The notes under the pieces were generated by a model. That model saw only the letters and a list, made by a program, of their open reading frames with translations, was not told the origin of the DNA and did no database searches. Positions 1 to 10,739 of a stretch of DNA of 64,000 bases are shown piece after piece. Where the stretch lies: assembly GCA_039815185.1 (NCBI GenBank), contig JBCBZT010000009.1, positions 1 through 64,000 of the forward strand. The letters run 5' to 3'. A program made the translations under genes and the position numbers. Source of the stretch: Cyanobacteria bacterium P01_A01_bin.123 (GTDB lineage: Bacteria > Cyanobacteriota > Cyanobacteriia > Phormidesmidales > Phormidesmidaceae). How positions within the stretch are numbered: the first letter of the stretch is position 1; each line of letters starts with the position of its first letter.

Positions 1-44
1 GCATGTATCGCGATACAGGCTTCTATCGCACATTACTGACTACC

Positions 45-184
45 CTCCCTATCTCCCCATCTCCCTATCTCCTCATCTCCTCATCTCCTCATCTCCTCAT
101 CTCCTCATCTCCTCATCTCCTCATCTCCTCATCTCCCTATCTCCCCATCTCCCCCTATCTCCCCATCTCCCCCTACCTCCCTAT
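45..184. repeat. STRR-type short tandem repeat array (8-mer CTCCYCAT/CTCCCTAT)
   Basis: Eight exact CTCCTCAT units at 69-132, flanked by CTCCCTAT/CTCCCCAT variants; typical cyanobacterial short tandemly repeated repetitive sequence. Confidence 0.9.
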
Positions 185-250
185 TTCTCAAAAACCCACT
201 TTACGTCATGCTAGAGACCGGGAGTTATCAAGCATTTAGGAGGATAAACC

Positions 251-955
251 ATGACGGATGCCGTCAAATTGATGAAGCAAGAGGTGGGTCGAGCAGCGGC
301 CAACCAGGTTGAATCCGGTTCGATTGTAGGGTTGGGAACTGGGTCAACAACAGCCTTTGCGATTCAGTTTATTGGAGAGCGGATTCAATCTGGCGAACTC
401 AAAGACATCAAGGGCATCCCCACCTCGTTTCAGGCGATCGTGTTAGCGCGGGATTACGGCATTCCCCTCGTGTCTCTGGACGAAGTGGATCACATTGACG
501 TGGCGATCGACGGGGCCGATGAAGTTGATCCGCAAAAGAACCTAATTAAGGGAGGTGGAGCAGCCCATACCCAAGAAAAAATTGTCGATTCTTTAGCGGC
601 AAAGTTCATTGTGGTGGTGGACAGCGGCAAGCTGACGGACAAGCTAGGCACCACGTTTTTGTTGCCAGTTGAGGTGGTGCCGATGGCGGTCACGCCTGTG
701 ATGCGAGCGATTAGCACCTTGGGGGGTGAACCGACACTGCGGATGGGCGTAAAGAAGGCTGGCCCGATTGTGTCTGACAACGGCAATTTGATTGTGGATG
801 TCAAGTTTGCCAGCGGCATTGATGATCCGGCTGGGCTGGAGAAGACGCTCAATAATATTCCTGGGGTGTTGGAAAATGGGATCTTTGCCGGAGTTGCAGA
901 TGAGATATTGATTGGGGAAGTGAAGGATGGGGAGGCCTCGGTGCGATCGATGTAG
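251..955 (+). CDS. rpiA: ribose-5-phosphate isomerase A
   Basis: GLGTGST, DGADEVD and KGGGAA-EKIV motifs; AGGAGG RBS upstream. Confidence 0.97.
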   Translation: MTDAVKLMKQEVGRAAANQVESGSIVGLGTGSTTAFAIQFIGERIQSGELKDIKGIPTSFQAIVLARDYGIPLVSLDEVDHIDVAIDGADEVDPQKNLIKGGGAAHTQEKIVDSLAAKFIVVVDSGKLTDKLGTTFLLPVEVVPMAVTPVMRAISTLGGEPTLRMGVKKAGPIVSDNGNLIVDVKFASGIDDPAGLEKTLNNIPGVLENGIFAGVADEILIGEVKDGEASVRSM

Positions 956-964
956 GAGGGTGCA

Positions 965-992
965 TCGGTGTCATGGCATGCCATGACACCGA
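965..992. repeat. perfect 28-bp palindrome (REP-like, possible bidirectional terminator)
   Basis: TCGGTGTCATGGCATGCCATGACACCGA is its own reverse complement; lies between convergent genes. Confidence 0.8.
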
Positions 993-1028
993 CCAAACGA
1001 GTAGAGAATTTCTCTTGGAAGGGAACGC

Positions 1029-1451
1029 TCAAGAATCGCGATCGCCCTCTGCGAGAGATCCCTGACCATCACGACAAACAAACCGCCACAATGGATGACT
1101 CGGCCCCTGCTTATAAATCCGCATCAGCAACTCACGCAACCGCCGATTTTCCTTTTCGCTCCAGCCAAACAAAATATGCCGACTTTGGCTAATTAAAATC
1201 CCCACCGTTAGTCCCACACATAACCCCAACCCCAAGCTAGGTAAACGGTTATAGGCCAGGCCGTAGCGTATCTGAGTCCAGGTGAAATAAGCTTGCAGTT
1301 GGGCCACCTCATGGCGTAAGACCCAGAGACTGAATCCTCCAACAGTGAGCCAAAGTAGCGTACATAAGCCCCACCAGGCCGACATGGTAACATGCTGGAG
1401 CCGTTCCAGATCTTGATTAAAGCTGGACTCATCATTCACAGGAGACTGCAC
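1029..1451 (-). CDS. hypothetical membrane protein (2 TM)
   Basis: 140-aa ORF with two hydrophobic helices and C-terminal QGPSHPLW; co-oriented directly downstream of secF. Confidence 0.75.
   Translation of the reverse strand: MQSPVNDESSFNQDLERLQHVTMSAWWGLCTLLWLTVGGFSLWVLRHEVAQLQAYFTWTQIRYGLAYNRLPSLGLGLCVGLTVGILISQSRHILFGWSEKENRRLRELLMRIYKQGPSHPLWRFVCRDGQGSLAEGDRDS
1038..1045. repeat. HIP1 octamer GCGATCGC (example; many copies across the window)
   Basis: Copies checked at 1038, 1528, 25641, 51660 and 53232; not counted exhaustively. Confidence 0.9.
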
Positions 1452-1472
1452 CCAAATTCAGATAATCAAGGG

Positions 1473-2456
1473 TTAAACGGAGTCTTCAACAGTGTCTGAG
1501 GCAACATCTGGGGGAGCCTCAACAACCGCGATCGCTTGCCCTGATTTTACCCGCCACCAAGCCAGCAGCGTACTCGCAACGAAGATACTTGAGTATGCCC
1601 CAGACAAAAAGCCAACAATCAACGCCAGAGAAAAGAATTTTAAGGTGACCCCACCGAACAAGAAAATTGCCACCAGCGTCAACACCGTGGTCAGGGTGGT
1701 GTTAATTGAGCGGGTTAGGGTTTGGTTGACAGCGTCATCCACGATGTCGTTGATGTGGCGCTGGGGGTTGAATTTAATCGTTTCTCGAATCCGATCGTAA
1801 ATCACCACCGTGTCGTTGACCGAGAAACCCACGATGGTTAACAACGCCACAATAAATAGGCTATCAACCTCATTCCCAATCACCAGTCCCAAAACCGAGA
1901 AAATCCCCAGGGTGATAAACACATCATGGAATAGCGCCACCAGTGCAAACGCAGCGTAATCGAACTGAAAGCGTAGACTGAGGTAAATCGTAATCCCGGC
2001 AAAGGCAACGATCAGCGCCAGCATCCCAGCGGTAAACAGTTGCTCGCCGATAACTGGGCCCACGGTATCAATCTGGGTCGCCTGGGGATCAAGTTGGCCC
2101 AGTTCTGCTTCTAGGGCTGCCTGGAGTTCAGTGCGTTGATCCACATCTAAATCTAGGGTGCGAATCGCCACCGCTTGCCCATTTTGACCCAGAAGCTGCA
2201 CGCTGCTATCCTCTAGCCCTTGGGCTGACAGCACTTGAGTCACCGCATTAGTAGAAATGGGCTGATCGCACAGGTTTTCATCGACGGTGCAGTCGCGCTC
2301 TAGCTGCAGGCGGGTGCCCCCGATGAAGTCTAAACCGGGTTTGACCGGAGCCCTAAACTGGCTCCAAGAGATCGCCATCGCCACGATGCCAGCGAGAATC
2401 AGGCCACCGGAAATAGCCCACCAAAGCGATCGCTGTTTAATGACGTTGAGTTTCAT
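1473..2456 (-). CDS. secF: protein translocase subunit SecF
   Basis: [24 protein letters not shown] and TLTRSINT motifs; overlaps secD stop (ATGA). Confidence 0.97.
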   Translation of the reverse strand: MKLNVIKQRSLWWAISGGLILAGIVAMAISWSQFRAPVKPGLDFIGGTRLQLERDCTVDENLCDQPISTNAVTQVLSAQGLEDSSVQLLGQNGQAVAIRTLDLDVDQRTELQAALEAELGQLDPQATQIDTVGPVIGEQLFTAGMLALIVAFAGITIYLSLRFQFDYAAFALVALFHDVFITLGIFSVLGLVIGNEVDSLFIVALLTIVGFSVNDTVVIYDRIRETIKFNPQRHINDIVDDAVNQTLTRSINTTLTTVLTLVAIFLFGGVTLKFFSLALIVGFLSGAYSSIFVASTLLAWWRVKSGQAIAVVEAPPDVASDTVEDSV

Positions 2457-3871
2457 GATTTAGATGCCGCTTGAGACGTTGATTGGCCCACCAGTCCTGG
2501 ACAGTAGAGCTGAGGTTTACGCAGCTGAGGGAACCCAAGCACCACAAAGAAGAGTAACGTGCGGGTACAGCTGAGGGCAGTAAACATGCTGATGGCTACC
2601 CCAATGGCCAGGGTCAAGGCAAAGCCCTTAACCAACCCAGCCCCAAACCAAAACAGCGCTGCACAGGCAATTAGGGTAGTGACATTGCTATCGAGGATAC
2701 TGGAGAAAGCCCGGTAAAAGCCAGACTCAACCGAACGATAGAGGGTTTTGCCCGCCCGCAGTTCTTCACGAGTACGTTCAAAAATCAACACGTTCGCATC
2801 TACGGCCATGCCGATGCTGAGTATAAAGCCCGCAATCCCCGGCAGGGTGAGGGTGACGCCAAATAGGTTAAACACAGCCAATGTGAGTAGGGCGTAGATC
2901 ACTAGGGCAAAGTTGGCGATGATTCCCGGCAAGCGATAGTAGACGCCCATAAAGATCAGCACCAAAACTAAACCAGCCAGTCCGGCGTAAAGGCTGCGCT
3001 GAATGCTGTCGCGACCTAGGGTGGCTCCCACGGTGCGATTTTCGGCGACTTCTACCGGGAAGGGTAATGCACCACCCCGGAGTTGAATCGCCAGTTCTTG
3101 GGCACCTTCAGCATCAAAATTGCCTGAAATGACAGCGCTACCGCCAGGTATGCCTGTTGTGGCATACTCTACATCTACTATCGGGGCACTAATCAACTGG
3201 TCGTCGAGAAAGATGCCGATGGGGCGACCCGTCCCCGCGACCTTGCGAGTCAGTTCGGTAAACAAATCTGCACCGGTATTGTTGAAATTGATCTCGACTT
3301 CCCAGCTATTGCCAGCCCCAAAGGGACGGGCCAAAGCATCGGTGAGCATTTCTCCGGTTAAACCAGAGGGTTCAAACAGGGCCATAATCGCTTGATAGCC
3401 AGCCTCTAGATTGGCTTGGTTGGCGGCGATCGCCGCCTCATCGCCCACCTGTTCTAGCTGAATTTGCTCAATCAAATGCCCCTGCAGCACCTGCTGCTCG
3501 GCTTGCAGTTGACCTTCAGTACCCGAACGCTGGGTGAGGAACTCCAGTTGGGCTGTACCGCCTAATACCCGTTCGGCTTGTTCAGGGTCGCTGACGCCGG
3601 GGAGCTGCACCGATAGCTTATCGCTGCCAACGGTTTGTACCACTGCTTCAGATACGCCCAAACCGTTGACTCTATTCTCGATCACCCGCTGGATAGCTTC
3701 GAGATCGCGCTGGGTAATATTTTGAGCTTCTTCAGTCGGGTTCACCTGCAGGGTAAGCTGAGACCCCCCACGCAGATCTAAGCCCAAGCGTGTCGGAATT
3801 TGGACGATGACCACCACCGCCGCGATCGCCAACGCCAGAATCGTCGCTAAAATCAGTCGTTGCCTGCCCAT
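2453..3871 (-). CDS. secD: protein translocase subunit SecD
   Basis: [17 protein letters not shown] and [13 protein letters not shown] motifs. Confidence 0.97.
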   Translation of the reverse strand: MGRQRLILATILALAIAAVVVIVQIPTRLGLDLRGGSQLTLQVNPTEEAQNITQRDLEAIQRVIENRVNGLGVSEAVVQTVGSDKLSVQLPGVSDPEQAERVLGGTAQLEFLTQRSGTEGQLQAEQQVLQGHLIEQIQLEQVGDEAAIAANQANLEAGYQAIMALFEPSGLTGEMLTDALARPFGAGNSWEVEINFNNTGADLFTELTRKVAGTGRPIGIFLDDQLISAPIVDVEYATTGIPGGSAVISGNFDAEGAQELAIQLRGGALPFPVEVAENRTVGATLGRDSIQRSLYAGLAGLVLVLIFMGVYYRLPGIIANFALVIYALLTLAVFNLFGVTLTLPGIAGFILSIGMAVDANVLIFERTREELRAGKTLYRSVESGFYRAFSSILDSNVTTLIACAALFWFGAGLVKGFALTLAIGVAISMFTALSCTRTLLFFVVLGFPQLRKPQLYCPGLVGQSTSQAASKS

Positions 3872-3962
3872 TTTTGTCTGCCCGTACCTTAAACTTTGGT
3901 CACATCCAGATCCACAGTTTTCCCCATGAACTAAAAACTTAAGTCTTCACATCAGATGTGGT

Positions 3963-4946
3963 TTAGACCTGTAGCGCCAGCATTTTTTCTACGGCCTCTT
4001 CGATTTTTTTCGGTTGCACAATCGTCAGGGCTTCTAGCTTACCGTTATAAGGGGTAGGAATGTCTTGAGACGACAACCGCAGTACCGGGGCATCCAATTC
4101 ATCAAAGTAACGATCATTAATCGAGGCAATAATTTCAGCGCCAATCCCCCCTGTTTTCATGCATTCTTCCACTACGATCACGCGGTGAGTTTTGCGAATG
4201 GACGCGCCGATCGTTTCAAAATCAAGCGGCTTGAGGGAGATTAAATCGATCACTTCTGGATCTAATCCCTTGGTTTCTAGAGCTTTGACCGCTTGGGTGA
4301 CGTGGTGACGCATACGCGAGTAAGTCAAAATCGTCACGTCTTTGCCCGGGCGCACAACTTCTGCTTTGTCTAGCGGCACCAAATATTCGTGATCGGGCAG
4401 ATCTTCTTTCAGGTTGTAGAGCAGCACATGCTCAAAAAACAGCACGGGATTGTTGTCGCGAATCGCCGACTTGAGCAATCCTTTCGCGTTATGGGGGGTA
4501 GAGCAGGCCACAATTTTCAACCCCGGCACAGCTTGAAAATAAGCTTCTAGGCGTTGGGAGTGCTCAGCCCCGAGTTGCCTGCCCACACCACCAGGGCCGC
4601 GAATCACCATAGGAATTTTGTAGTTGCCACCAGAGGTGTAGCGCAACATGCCTGCGTTGTTAGCAATTTGATTGAAGGCCAAAAGCAAAAAGCCCATATT
4701 CATGCCTTCAATGATCGGGCGTAGCCCAGTCATCGCTGCACCCACAGCCATACCCGTAAAGCTGTTCTCGGCAATTGGAGTATCAAGCACCCGCAATTCA
4801 CCGTACTTCTGATAAAGACCTTTGGTGACTTTGTAGGATCCACCATACTGTCCGACATCTTCGCCCAAGACAAAGACGGTGTCATCGCGAGCCATTTCTT
4901 CGTCGATAGCTTCCCGTAGGGCGTTAAAGAGAAGGGTTTCTGCCAT
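3963..4946 (-). CDS. pdhB: pyruvate dehydrogenase E1 beta subunit
   Basis: GEDVG, DTPIAE and GAEHSQ motifs; downstream of pdhA. Confidence 0.97.
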   Translation of the reverse strand: MAETLLFNALREAIDEEMARDDTVFVLGEDVGQYGGSYKVTKGLYQKYGELRVLDTPIAENSFTGMAVGAAMTGLRPIIEGMNMGFLLLAFNQIANNAGMLRYTSGGNYKIPMVIRGPGGVGRQLGAEHSQRLEAYFQAVPGLKIVACSTPHNAKGLLKSAIRDNNPVLFFEHVLLYNLKEDLPDHEYLVPLDKAEVVRPGKDVTILTYSRMRHHVTQAVKALETKGLDPEVIDLISLKPLDFETIGASIRKTHRVIVVEECMKTGGIGAEIIASINDRYFDELDAPVLRLSSQDIPTPYNGKLEALTIVQPKKIEEAVEKMLALQV

Positions 4947-5016
4947 TAGTTTGTATCGTTTTGGGTTTACCTGAATTTAGAGGGATGATTGTCGCTGAGA
5001 ACCTGTGTTGAAGACA

Positions 5017-6045
5017 TCAATCCTCAGCAAAGATATAGCGGTAAAGTTCGTCGGGATTGGGTTCTGGACTTTGCTCTGCAAAGCTAACAGCCTCATCCAC
5101 TACCGCCTGAATTTTCTGGCGAATACCTTTGAGCTGCTCTTCAGACACGAGGTTTTGTTCACTCAGATAAGCCTCGAACTTCTTGAGCGGATCACGGGCC
5201 TGCCAGACTTCTTTTTCTTCTTTGGAGCGCAGTTCATCAGGGTCAGCCAGGGAGTGGCCGCGAAACCGATAGGTGAGGCACTCAATTAAAGTGGGCCCTT
5301 CTCCAGCCCGGGCCCGCTTGACCGCAGCTTGGGCCGCAGCGCGAACTGCCAAAATATCCATCCCGTCTACTTCTACCCCAGGCATGCCAAAGACGCTGGC
5401 CTTGCGATAGATTTCGGGTTGAGAAGTGGCCCGTTCGTGGGCCATGCCGATGGCCCATTTATTGTTTTCGACCACGAATAGAATGGGTAATTTCCACAGG
5501 GCTGCCATGTTGAGACATTCGAAGAACTGGCCGTTATTGGTAGTGCCATCGCCAAAGAAGGCGGCGGTTACCTGGTCGGCACTGCTGTCGTCGAGGGCAT
5601 AACGACGGTAGCGACTTTGAAAGGCCGCACCCAGCGCGACCGGAATACCTTCGCCAATAAACGCGAAGCCCCCCAAGAGGTTGTGTTCGGCAGAAAATAG
5701 GTGCATGGAGCCGCCGCGGCCTTTACTGCATCCGGGTTCTTTGCCAAAGAGCTCAGCCATAACATTGCGAGCAGGCACCCCCGCACTGAGGGCATGAACG
5801 TGATCGCGGTAGGTGCTACACACATAGTCATCAGGGCGCATGGCTTTAATCACCCCAGAAGAAACGGCTTCTTGACCGTTGTAAAGGTGAACGAAGCCAA
5901 ACATCTTGCCTCGATAGTACATTTCAGCGCATTTATCCTCGAAGTAGCGCCCCAGCACCATATCTTCGTAAAGTATCAACCCCTCTTCTTGAGAAAGTTG
6001 GGCTGGATTTGCCTGAAATAAGGGTAAGGTTCGTTCCTGGACCAT
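5017..6045 (-). CDS. pdhA: pyruvate dehydrogenase E1 alpha subunit
   Basis: [21 protein letters not shown] motif GDG...[12 protein letters not shown]. Confidence 0.97.
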   Translation of the reverse strand: MVQERTLPLFQANPAQLSQEEGLILYEDMVLGRYFEDKCAEMYYRGKMFGFVHLYNGQEAVSSGVIKAMRPDDYVCSTYRDHVHALSAGVPARNVMAELFGKEPGCSKGRGGSMHLFSAEHNLLGGFAFIGEGIPVALGAAFQSRYRRYALDDSSADQVTAAFFGDGTTNNGQFFECLNMAALWKLPILFVVENNKWAIGMAHERATSQPEIYRKASVFGMPGVEVDGMDILAVRAAAQAAVKRARAGEGPTLIECLTYRFRGHSLADPDELRSKEEKEVWQARDPLKKFEAYLSEQNLVSEEQLKGIRQKIQAVVDEAVSFAEQSPEPNPDELYRYIFAED

Positions 6046-6337
6046 GGATTTGCTGTGACCTCGCAGCAGTACTTGACTTAAATTTAGTTCTAAAACAGGT
6101 TGACTTAACTGGAATCTTGTCTAAAATCTCCACAAATCTAGATCTTTAAACTTTGCTCACATTGAGTTCGCTCATATTTAGAGCCACCATTTTTCCTACA
6201 GGGGTGTAGGGGTTTAGACCCTCAATCACGTCTCTAAATCGGATGTGGTTTAGATCAAGATTTCTAGAGTGAGCCAGAGCAAACTAGACAAAGCTGGCAA
6301 AATAGGGGACAGGTGCACACAGATGACCGTATTTGCC

Positions 6338-6351
6338 GTATTTAACGTTAC
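6338..6351. promoter_or_regulatory. possible NtcA-type site GTA-N8-TAC
   Basis: GTATTTAACGTTAC in the divergent pdhA/ftn2 intergenic region; no -10 box at the canonical 22-23 nt spacing, so it may be chance. Confidence 0.25.
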
Positions 6352-6544
6352 CGCCTTAAGGGGTGCGAATCAATATTAAGCTAAATGGATCGTTGAGCTT
6401 TTGTCAGGGACTTTGCAAGCTATTATCTAGGTTCTATTTCGGCTTAGCCACTACGCTAATACCCTAAATGAATTCTGGAATGTATCAAATTGACCAGGGT
6501 TCGCGTTGGGATTAGGTCATTGAATCACGCTGTTGGGGACGTAA

Positions 6545-8983
6545 ATGGTGCGAATTCCGCTAGATTATTATCGGATTCTGGGATTGCCGATTCAGGCTAC
6601 TGATGAGCAGCTTAAGCAAGCCCATCGCGATCGCACGCTGCAATTACCTCGGCGAGAGTTTTCTGGAGTCGCGATTGAATCTCGCAAGCAGCTGGTCGAC
6701 GAAGCCTACAACGTCCTCTCTGACCCCAGCCAGCGCAAAGATTACGACACCCGATTTCTAGCCAGTACCCATGCCCTAGAGTCTCCCACGACTGCTAGCA
6801 GTCCGCCGCCTGAGCTCCCTAAGCCTGAGGGCAAAGAACCGCTGGCAGAGGTGAATACTCAATTGGGAGAGGAAGCCCTGCGATCGCTGGCTTCTGACAC
6901 GGTTACTGATGCCTATACGCCCACCATCGAGATTGACGACAATCAGCTCGTGGGAGCGTTGTTAATTTTGCTGGAACTCGGGGAATACGAGCTAGCCATT
7001 CGCCTAGGGCGACCCTATATCAGCAGCGGCAGCAATGACCTGAGTAGTGGCAAGTTTGGTGATCCTGCCGTGGTGCTCTCAGATGTTGTGCTGATCCTAT
7101 CCCTAGCTTGTTTGGAGTTGGGACGAGAGCAGTGGCAGCAGCGACAGTATGAAAGTGCCGCAGAATCTTTAGAAACCGGGCGAGAACTGCTGTTACGTGA
7201 GGGGCTTTTTCCGGCGATTCGCAACGAGATTCAAACCGACCTCTACAAACTTCGCCCTTATCGCATTTTAGAGCTTGTGGCGCTACCGCTAAATCGTAAT
7301 CGAGAACGACGGCAGGGAATCAAGCTACTCAAGGCGATGCTGCAAGATCGCGGTGGTATTGACGGTACCGAAGATGATCTCTCCGGGTTGTCCATTGACG
7401 ATTTTTTGCGGTTTGCGCAACAACTGCGGGGCTATCTAACTTCGGCAGAACAGCAAGAGCTATTTGAGGTTGAGGCCCGACGCCCCTCTGCCGTGGGCAT
7501 TTACCTCACCATATATGCCTCTATGGCTCGGGGTTTTGCGCACCACCAACCCGCCTCAATTCGCCGCGCCAAAAAGCTGTTGAAGCGCTTGGGAAGCCGT
7601 CAAGATGTCCACTTAGAGCAGGCCGTGTGTGCGCTCTTGCTGGGTCAAACCGAGGAGGCCAGTCGCGCCCTAGAGTTGAGTCAGGAATATCAACCCCTTG
7701 TCTTCATCCGCGAAAACTCTAAGGGGTCTCCTGACCTATTGCCAGGGCTCTGTCTCTACGCAGAGCGGTGGTTGAGGCAGGAGGTATTTCCCCACTTTCG
7801 TGACTTGAGCCAATATGAAACGACCTTAAAAGATTATTTTGCCGATGACCAGGTGCAGACATATTTAGAATCCATGCCCATGGAGCCGGATTCGACCGAA
7901 CCCTGGGTGTCAGTACCACCGCCATCTAGCCCGACTGGCGCTAATACCAATGGTCATGGCCCCCCGCCAGAGCAGCAGGTCGCCCCGCCCAATTTTGCCA
8001 GGCCGGAGGCGCTAGCCTCACCCTTTCAGACGCCTCAGCCGGTCACGCCTAGTGTGGCTATACCGCCGCGTTCATCAGGGGAATTTGTGGCGCGGGATAC
8101 GGCTCAACCCATTACTCCCCCAGTTACCCCTGCCGATCAGATTTCTGAAGCTACCCTAGGCAGATTTCCGCAGGGTTTTTCTGATCCTGCGGCCTCAACC
8201 GCCGAACGCATTTCTCAGCTTTCTCCAGAAGGGAGTCTCCAAGCTGCCAATAGGCCTATGGGTCGTGGCGATAGTGGCGCATCATCTAATCAAACTTTAG
8301 GGTCGGTACCCGCCGCCCAAAGGCCCGGTGATTCGCCTGAGACGATGGGGATGCCATCGTTGAATCGCCCGTCGCGATCGCGACGTCGGTCTACTTCCCC
8401 CAATTGGAAAAATCTGGCCTTGGTGGCTGTGGTTGGCATTCTTGCCATGGGCACCTTAGGGTTTGTCTCTATGCGCGTGATCGGTTGGGTTGGCGGGCTC
8501 TTTGGTGGCCCTCGCCTCAAAGGTGTGCCTTTAGCCCTGACGCTGGATCAACCGCCAATTGCAATTCCCAGTTCAGAAGAAATTGCGGCTCAAACCCCTG
8601 GCGTTACAGATATTGCCCAATCTACCCTGCAAAAATGGCTGGATGCCAAATCCGCGGCTATGGGGCAGGCTCACCAAATTGATCGCCTAGACGCGGCACT
8701 GTCAGCAGGGCAACTGGAATCCTGGCGAAAACGAGCCCAAGATGCCATCGATAATAATTGGTATTGGGAATACGAACACGATTTAGAAATTCAGTCGGTC
8801 ACTCCCGAAGATCCAGAAGCCAATGCGTTGACGGTTCAGGCCCAAGTCCGTGAAAAGGCAGATTTCTATGAACAAGGAAGGCTGAATCCGCCGTCTTCTT
8901 ACGATGAGACGTTGCAAATGCGGTACGAACTCATTCTCAACGAAGGCGAGTGGCGGGTTCAGGATGCTCAGAAGCTGAATTGA
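6545..8983 (+). CDS. ftn2: cell division protein Ftn2/ZipN (ARC6 homolog; J-like domain, TM, IMS domain)
   Basis: RIPLDYYRILG start, DLLPGLCLYAERWL, C-terminal QKWLDAKSAAMG IMS-like domain. Confidence 0.93.
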   Translation: MVRIPLDYYRILGLPIQATDEQLKQAHRDRTLQLPRREFSGVAIESRKQLVDEAYNVLSDPSQRKDYDTRFLASTHALESPTTASSPPPELPKPEGKEPLAEVNTQLGEEALRSLASDTVTDAYTPTIEIDDNQLVGALLILLELGEYELAIRLGRPYISSGSNDLSSGKFGDPAVVLSDVVLILSLACLELGREQWQQRQYESAAESLETGRELLLREGLFPAIRNEIQTDLYKLRPYRILELVALPLNRNRERRQGIKLLKAMLQDRGGIDGTEDDLSGLSIDDFLRFAQQLRGYLTSAEQQELFEVEARRPSAVGIYLTIYASMARGFAHHQPASIRRAKKLLKRLGSRQDVHLEQAVCALLLGQTEEASRALELSQEYQPLVFIRENSKGSPDLLPGLCLYAERWLRQEVFPHFRDLSQYETTLKDYFADDQVQTYLESMPMEPDSTEPWVSVPPPSSPTGANTNGHGPPPEQQVAPPNFARPEALASPFQTPQPVTPSVAIPPRSSGEFVARDTAQPITPPVTPADQISEATLGRFPQGFSDPAASTAERISQLSPEGSLQAANRPMGRGDSGASSNQTLGSVPAAQRPGDSPETMGMPSLNRPSRSRRRSTSPNWKNLALVAVVGILAMGTLGFVSMRVIGWVGGLFGGPRLKGVPLALTLDQPPIAIPSSEEIAAQTPGVTDIAQSTLQKWLDAKSAAMGQAHQIDRLDAALSAGQLESWRKRAQDAIDNNWYWEYEHDLEIQSVTPEDPEANALTVQAQVREKADFYEQGRLNPPSSYDETLQMRYELILNEGEWRVQDAQKLN

Positions 8984-9115
8984 GCGGCTAATTGGCAGGG
9001 ATATAGCGGTCACGATCCTGACAAATGTTCGCCATGGGTCTCTCAAATTGGGTCAGCCTGATATGATGAGCCAAATTTTGCATTAATAGCCCGATTGTTT
9101 GTGGGAGTGGGGATC

Positions 9116-9844
9116 GTGACTGAATCGTTTGGCTACATCGTCGATGCACTGCCCAATCTCTTGAGTGGTGCTTTGATTACCCTACAGCTGACTGCGCTAT
9201 CAGTACTGCTGGGATCCGTTGGTGGGGTGTTATTGGGGATTGCCCGGTTATCGTCCATCAAGCCCCTGAGTCTCGCAGTCCGGGCCTACATCGATTTCTT
9301 TCGGGGAACGCCGCTACTGGTGCAAATTTTTATGATTTACTTTGGGCTCCCGGCAGTCATCAAAGAGCTGGGGGCTGAGTTTAGCTTTGAACGGATTGTG
9401 GCGGCAGTACTGGCATTGAGTTTAAACTCTGCGGCCTATATCGCTGAGATTGTGCGGGGTGGAATTCAATCGATTGAGTTGGGGCAGCGAGAAGCGGCAG
9501 AATCTTTGGGTCTAGATGGGGTTCAATCGATGCGGTATGTGGTGTTTCCCCAAGCGCTACGACGAATGATTCCACCGTTGGGTAATGAGTTCATTACGTT
9601 GCTCAAAGATACAAGTTTAGTCGCCGTCATTGGGTATGAAGAGCTCTTCCGCGAAGGTCAACTGATCGTCGCTAGAAACTATCGGTCGTTTGAGATTTAC
9701 ACGGCGGTGGCGCTGGTTTATTTAGTGTTGAATTCGCTATCTTCCCGAACATTTAACTTCCTTGAGCGCAATATGGATCCCGTGGAAAAGGCCAAACGTA
9801 GAAAGCTAAGTACGGCGACGGCACCAGAAATTGAATCTGCGTAA
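9116..9844 (+). CDS. polar amino acid ABC transporter permease (HisM/GlnP family)
   Basis: FRGTPLLVQ, AYIAEIVRGGI, GQREAAESLG (EAA loop), KDTSL; GTG at 9116 with GGGAG upstream chosen over TTG at 9095. Confidence 0.9.
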   Translation: MTESFGYIVDALPNLLSGALITLQLTALSVLLGSVGGVLLGIARLSSIKPLSLAVRAYIDFFRGTPLLVQIFMIYFGLPAVIKELGAEFSFERIVAAVLALSLNSAAYIAEIVRGGIQSIELGQREAAESLGLDGVQSMRYVVFPQALRRMIPPLGNEFITLLKDTSLVAVIGYEELFREGQLIVARNYRSFEIYTAVALVYLVLNSLSSRTFNFLERNMDPVEKAKRRKLSTATAPEIESA

Positions 9845-9850
9845 CACCCT

Positions 9851-10567
9851 CTAAATGCTGCCATATCGAGCGTCGGGCATAGCCCCATCTTGAATCCCCT
9901 CTCTACCTTCACGCTGCTGCCAAGCCCAAAGCTGATCGCCATAGGAAAAATGCCACCACTCGTTAGGGTGGCGACAAAATCCTGCTTTGACCATCACCCG
10001 GTACAAACGCTGACGGTTTTGGTGGGCAGCTTGTTCAATCGGATCGAAACTGTCGGCAAAATGACTGGGAAAAGAACGGGGGGAAGGTTCGTCGATGGGG
10101 GAGCCCATGTTGACCGGGGTGCCGTGGGCGTCGGTTAGCGTGATGTCGATGGCGGCTCCGGTGCTGTGGGGTGGGGGCGTGGCGGGGTTGTGGCTAGGGG
10201 ATGCCCAGAATTGATCCACCCGAGTTTGAATGTGCTGACGCTGGCTGTCGTTTAGCGCTGTTGGGGAGAGGCCTTGGTCAGCGGCAATTTGGTTGAAGGT
10301 GTAGTCAACCATAAACTGCTGTACGCCGATGGGACGATAGGCATCGAACAGGTGGATGTGCCAACCGGGGTGGCTGGCTTGGAGCAGGGCTTGGGCCTGT
10401 TGGAGGTTTTGGAGAACGCTTTGGCGAATGAAATAGGGGGAGCGATCGCTGTAGGGAGCCCCTAAGCTCTGGTAAGGATGGGGGGTGACGACGGTAAACT
10501 TCTCAAGCGGGATGGGAACTAAGGGTTCACCACACTCCTTGATGGGGATTGTTTGGTAGGGCTTCAT
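9851..10567 (-). CDS. D-alanyl-D-alanine dipeptidase (peptidase M15D, VanX-like)
   Basis: DAYRP, PHSTGAAIDITL and EWWHF zinc motifs; ATG at 10567 (MKPYQ) preferred to the longer ORF start. Confidence 0.9.
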   Translation of the reverse strand: MKPYQTIPIKECGEPLVPIPLEKFTVVTPHPYQSLGAPYSDRSPYFIRQSVLQNLQQAQALLQASHPGWHIHLFDAYRPIGVQQFMVDYTFNQIAADQGLSPTALNDSQRQHIQTRVDQFWASPSHNPATPPPHSTGAAIDITLTDAHGTPVNMGSPIDEPSPRSFPSHFADSFDPIEQAAHQNRQRLYRVMVKAGFCRHPNEWWHFSYGDQLWAWQQREGREGIQDGAMPDARYGSI

Positions 10568-10739
10568 CGCATTTTCGGACGGGTTGGGTGGTCGCGTTGG
10601 GAGGGCGGCTAGGGCCGTGGTTTGAACGTAGTGGCTTGATCCGAGCCGTTGATGCCTAGGAGACTCCCCCCCCGCTCTCTCCTCCAAAAACTTGAAGGAG
10701 CTGCACCTACCCTCAACAGCCCATAACCCCCATTACCTA

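Noticed and set aside
45..184. Possible CRISPR array (also considered for 60837-60926)
   Set aside because: Contiguous tandem units with no unique spacers; no cas genes in the window
3..239. 78-aa ORF
   Set aside because: Translation of the octamer STRR (LLISSSPH repeats); not a credible protein
490..1032. 180-aa antisense ORF over rpiA and the many other short overlapping ORFs in the track
   Set aside because: Shadow frames of well-supported genes, with no motifs
10568..10687. N-terminal ORF extensions of the dipeptidase (and likewise PBP1A 25675-25833, tyrS, pyrF, pepP and the FAD oxidoreductase)
   Set aside because: Low-complexity or non-conserved-looking sequence ahead of better start codons; treated as longest-ORF artefacts
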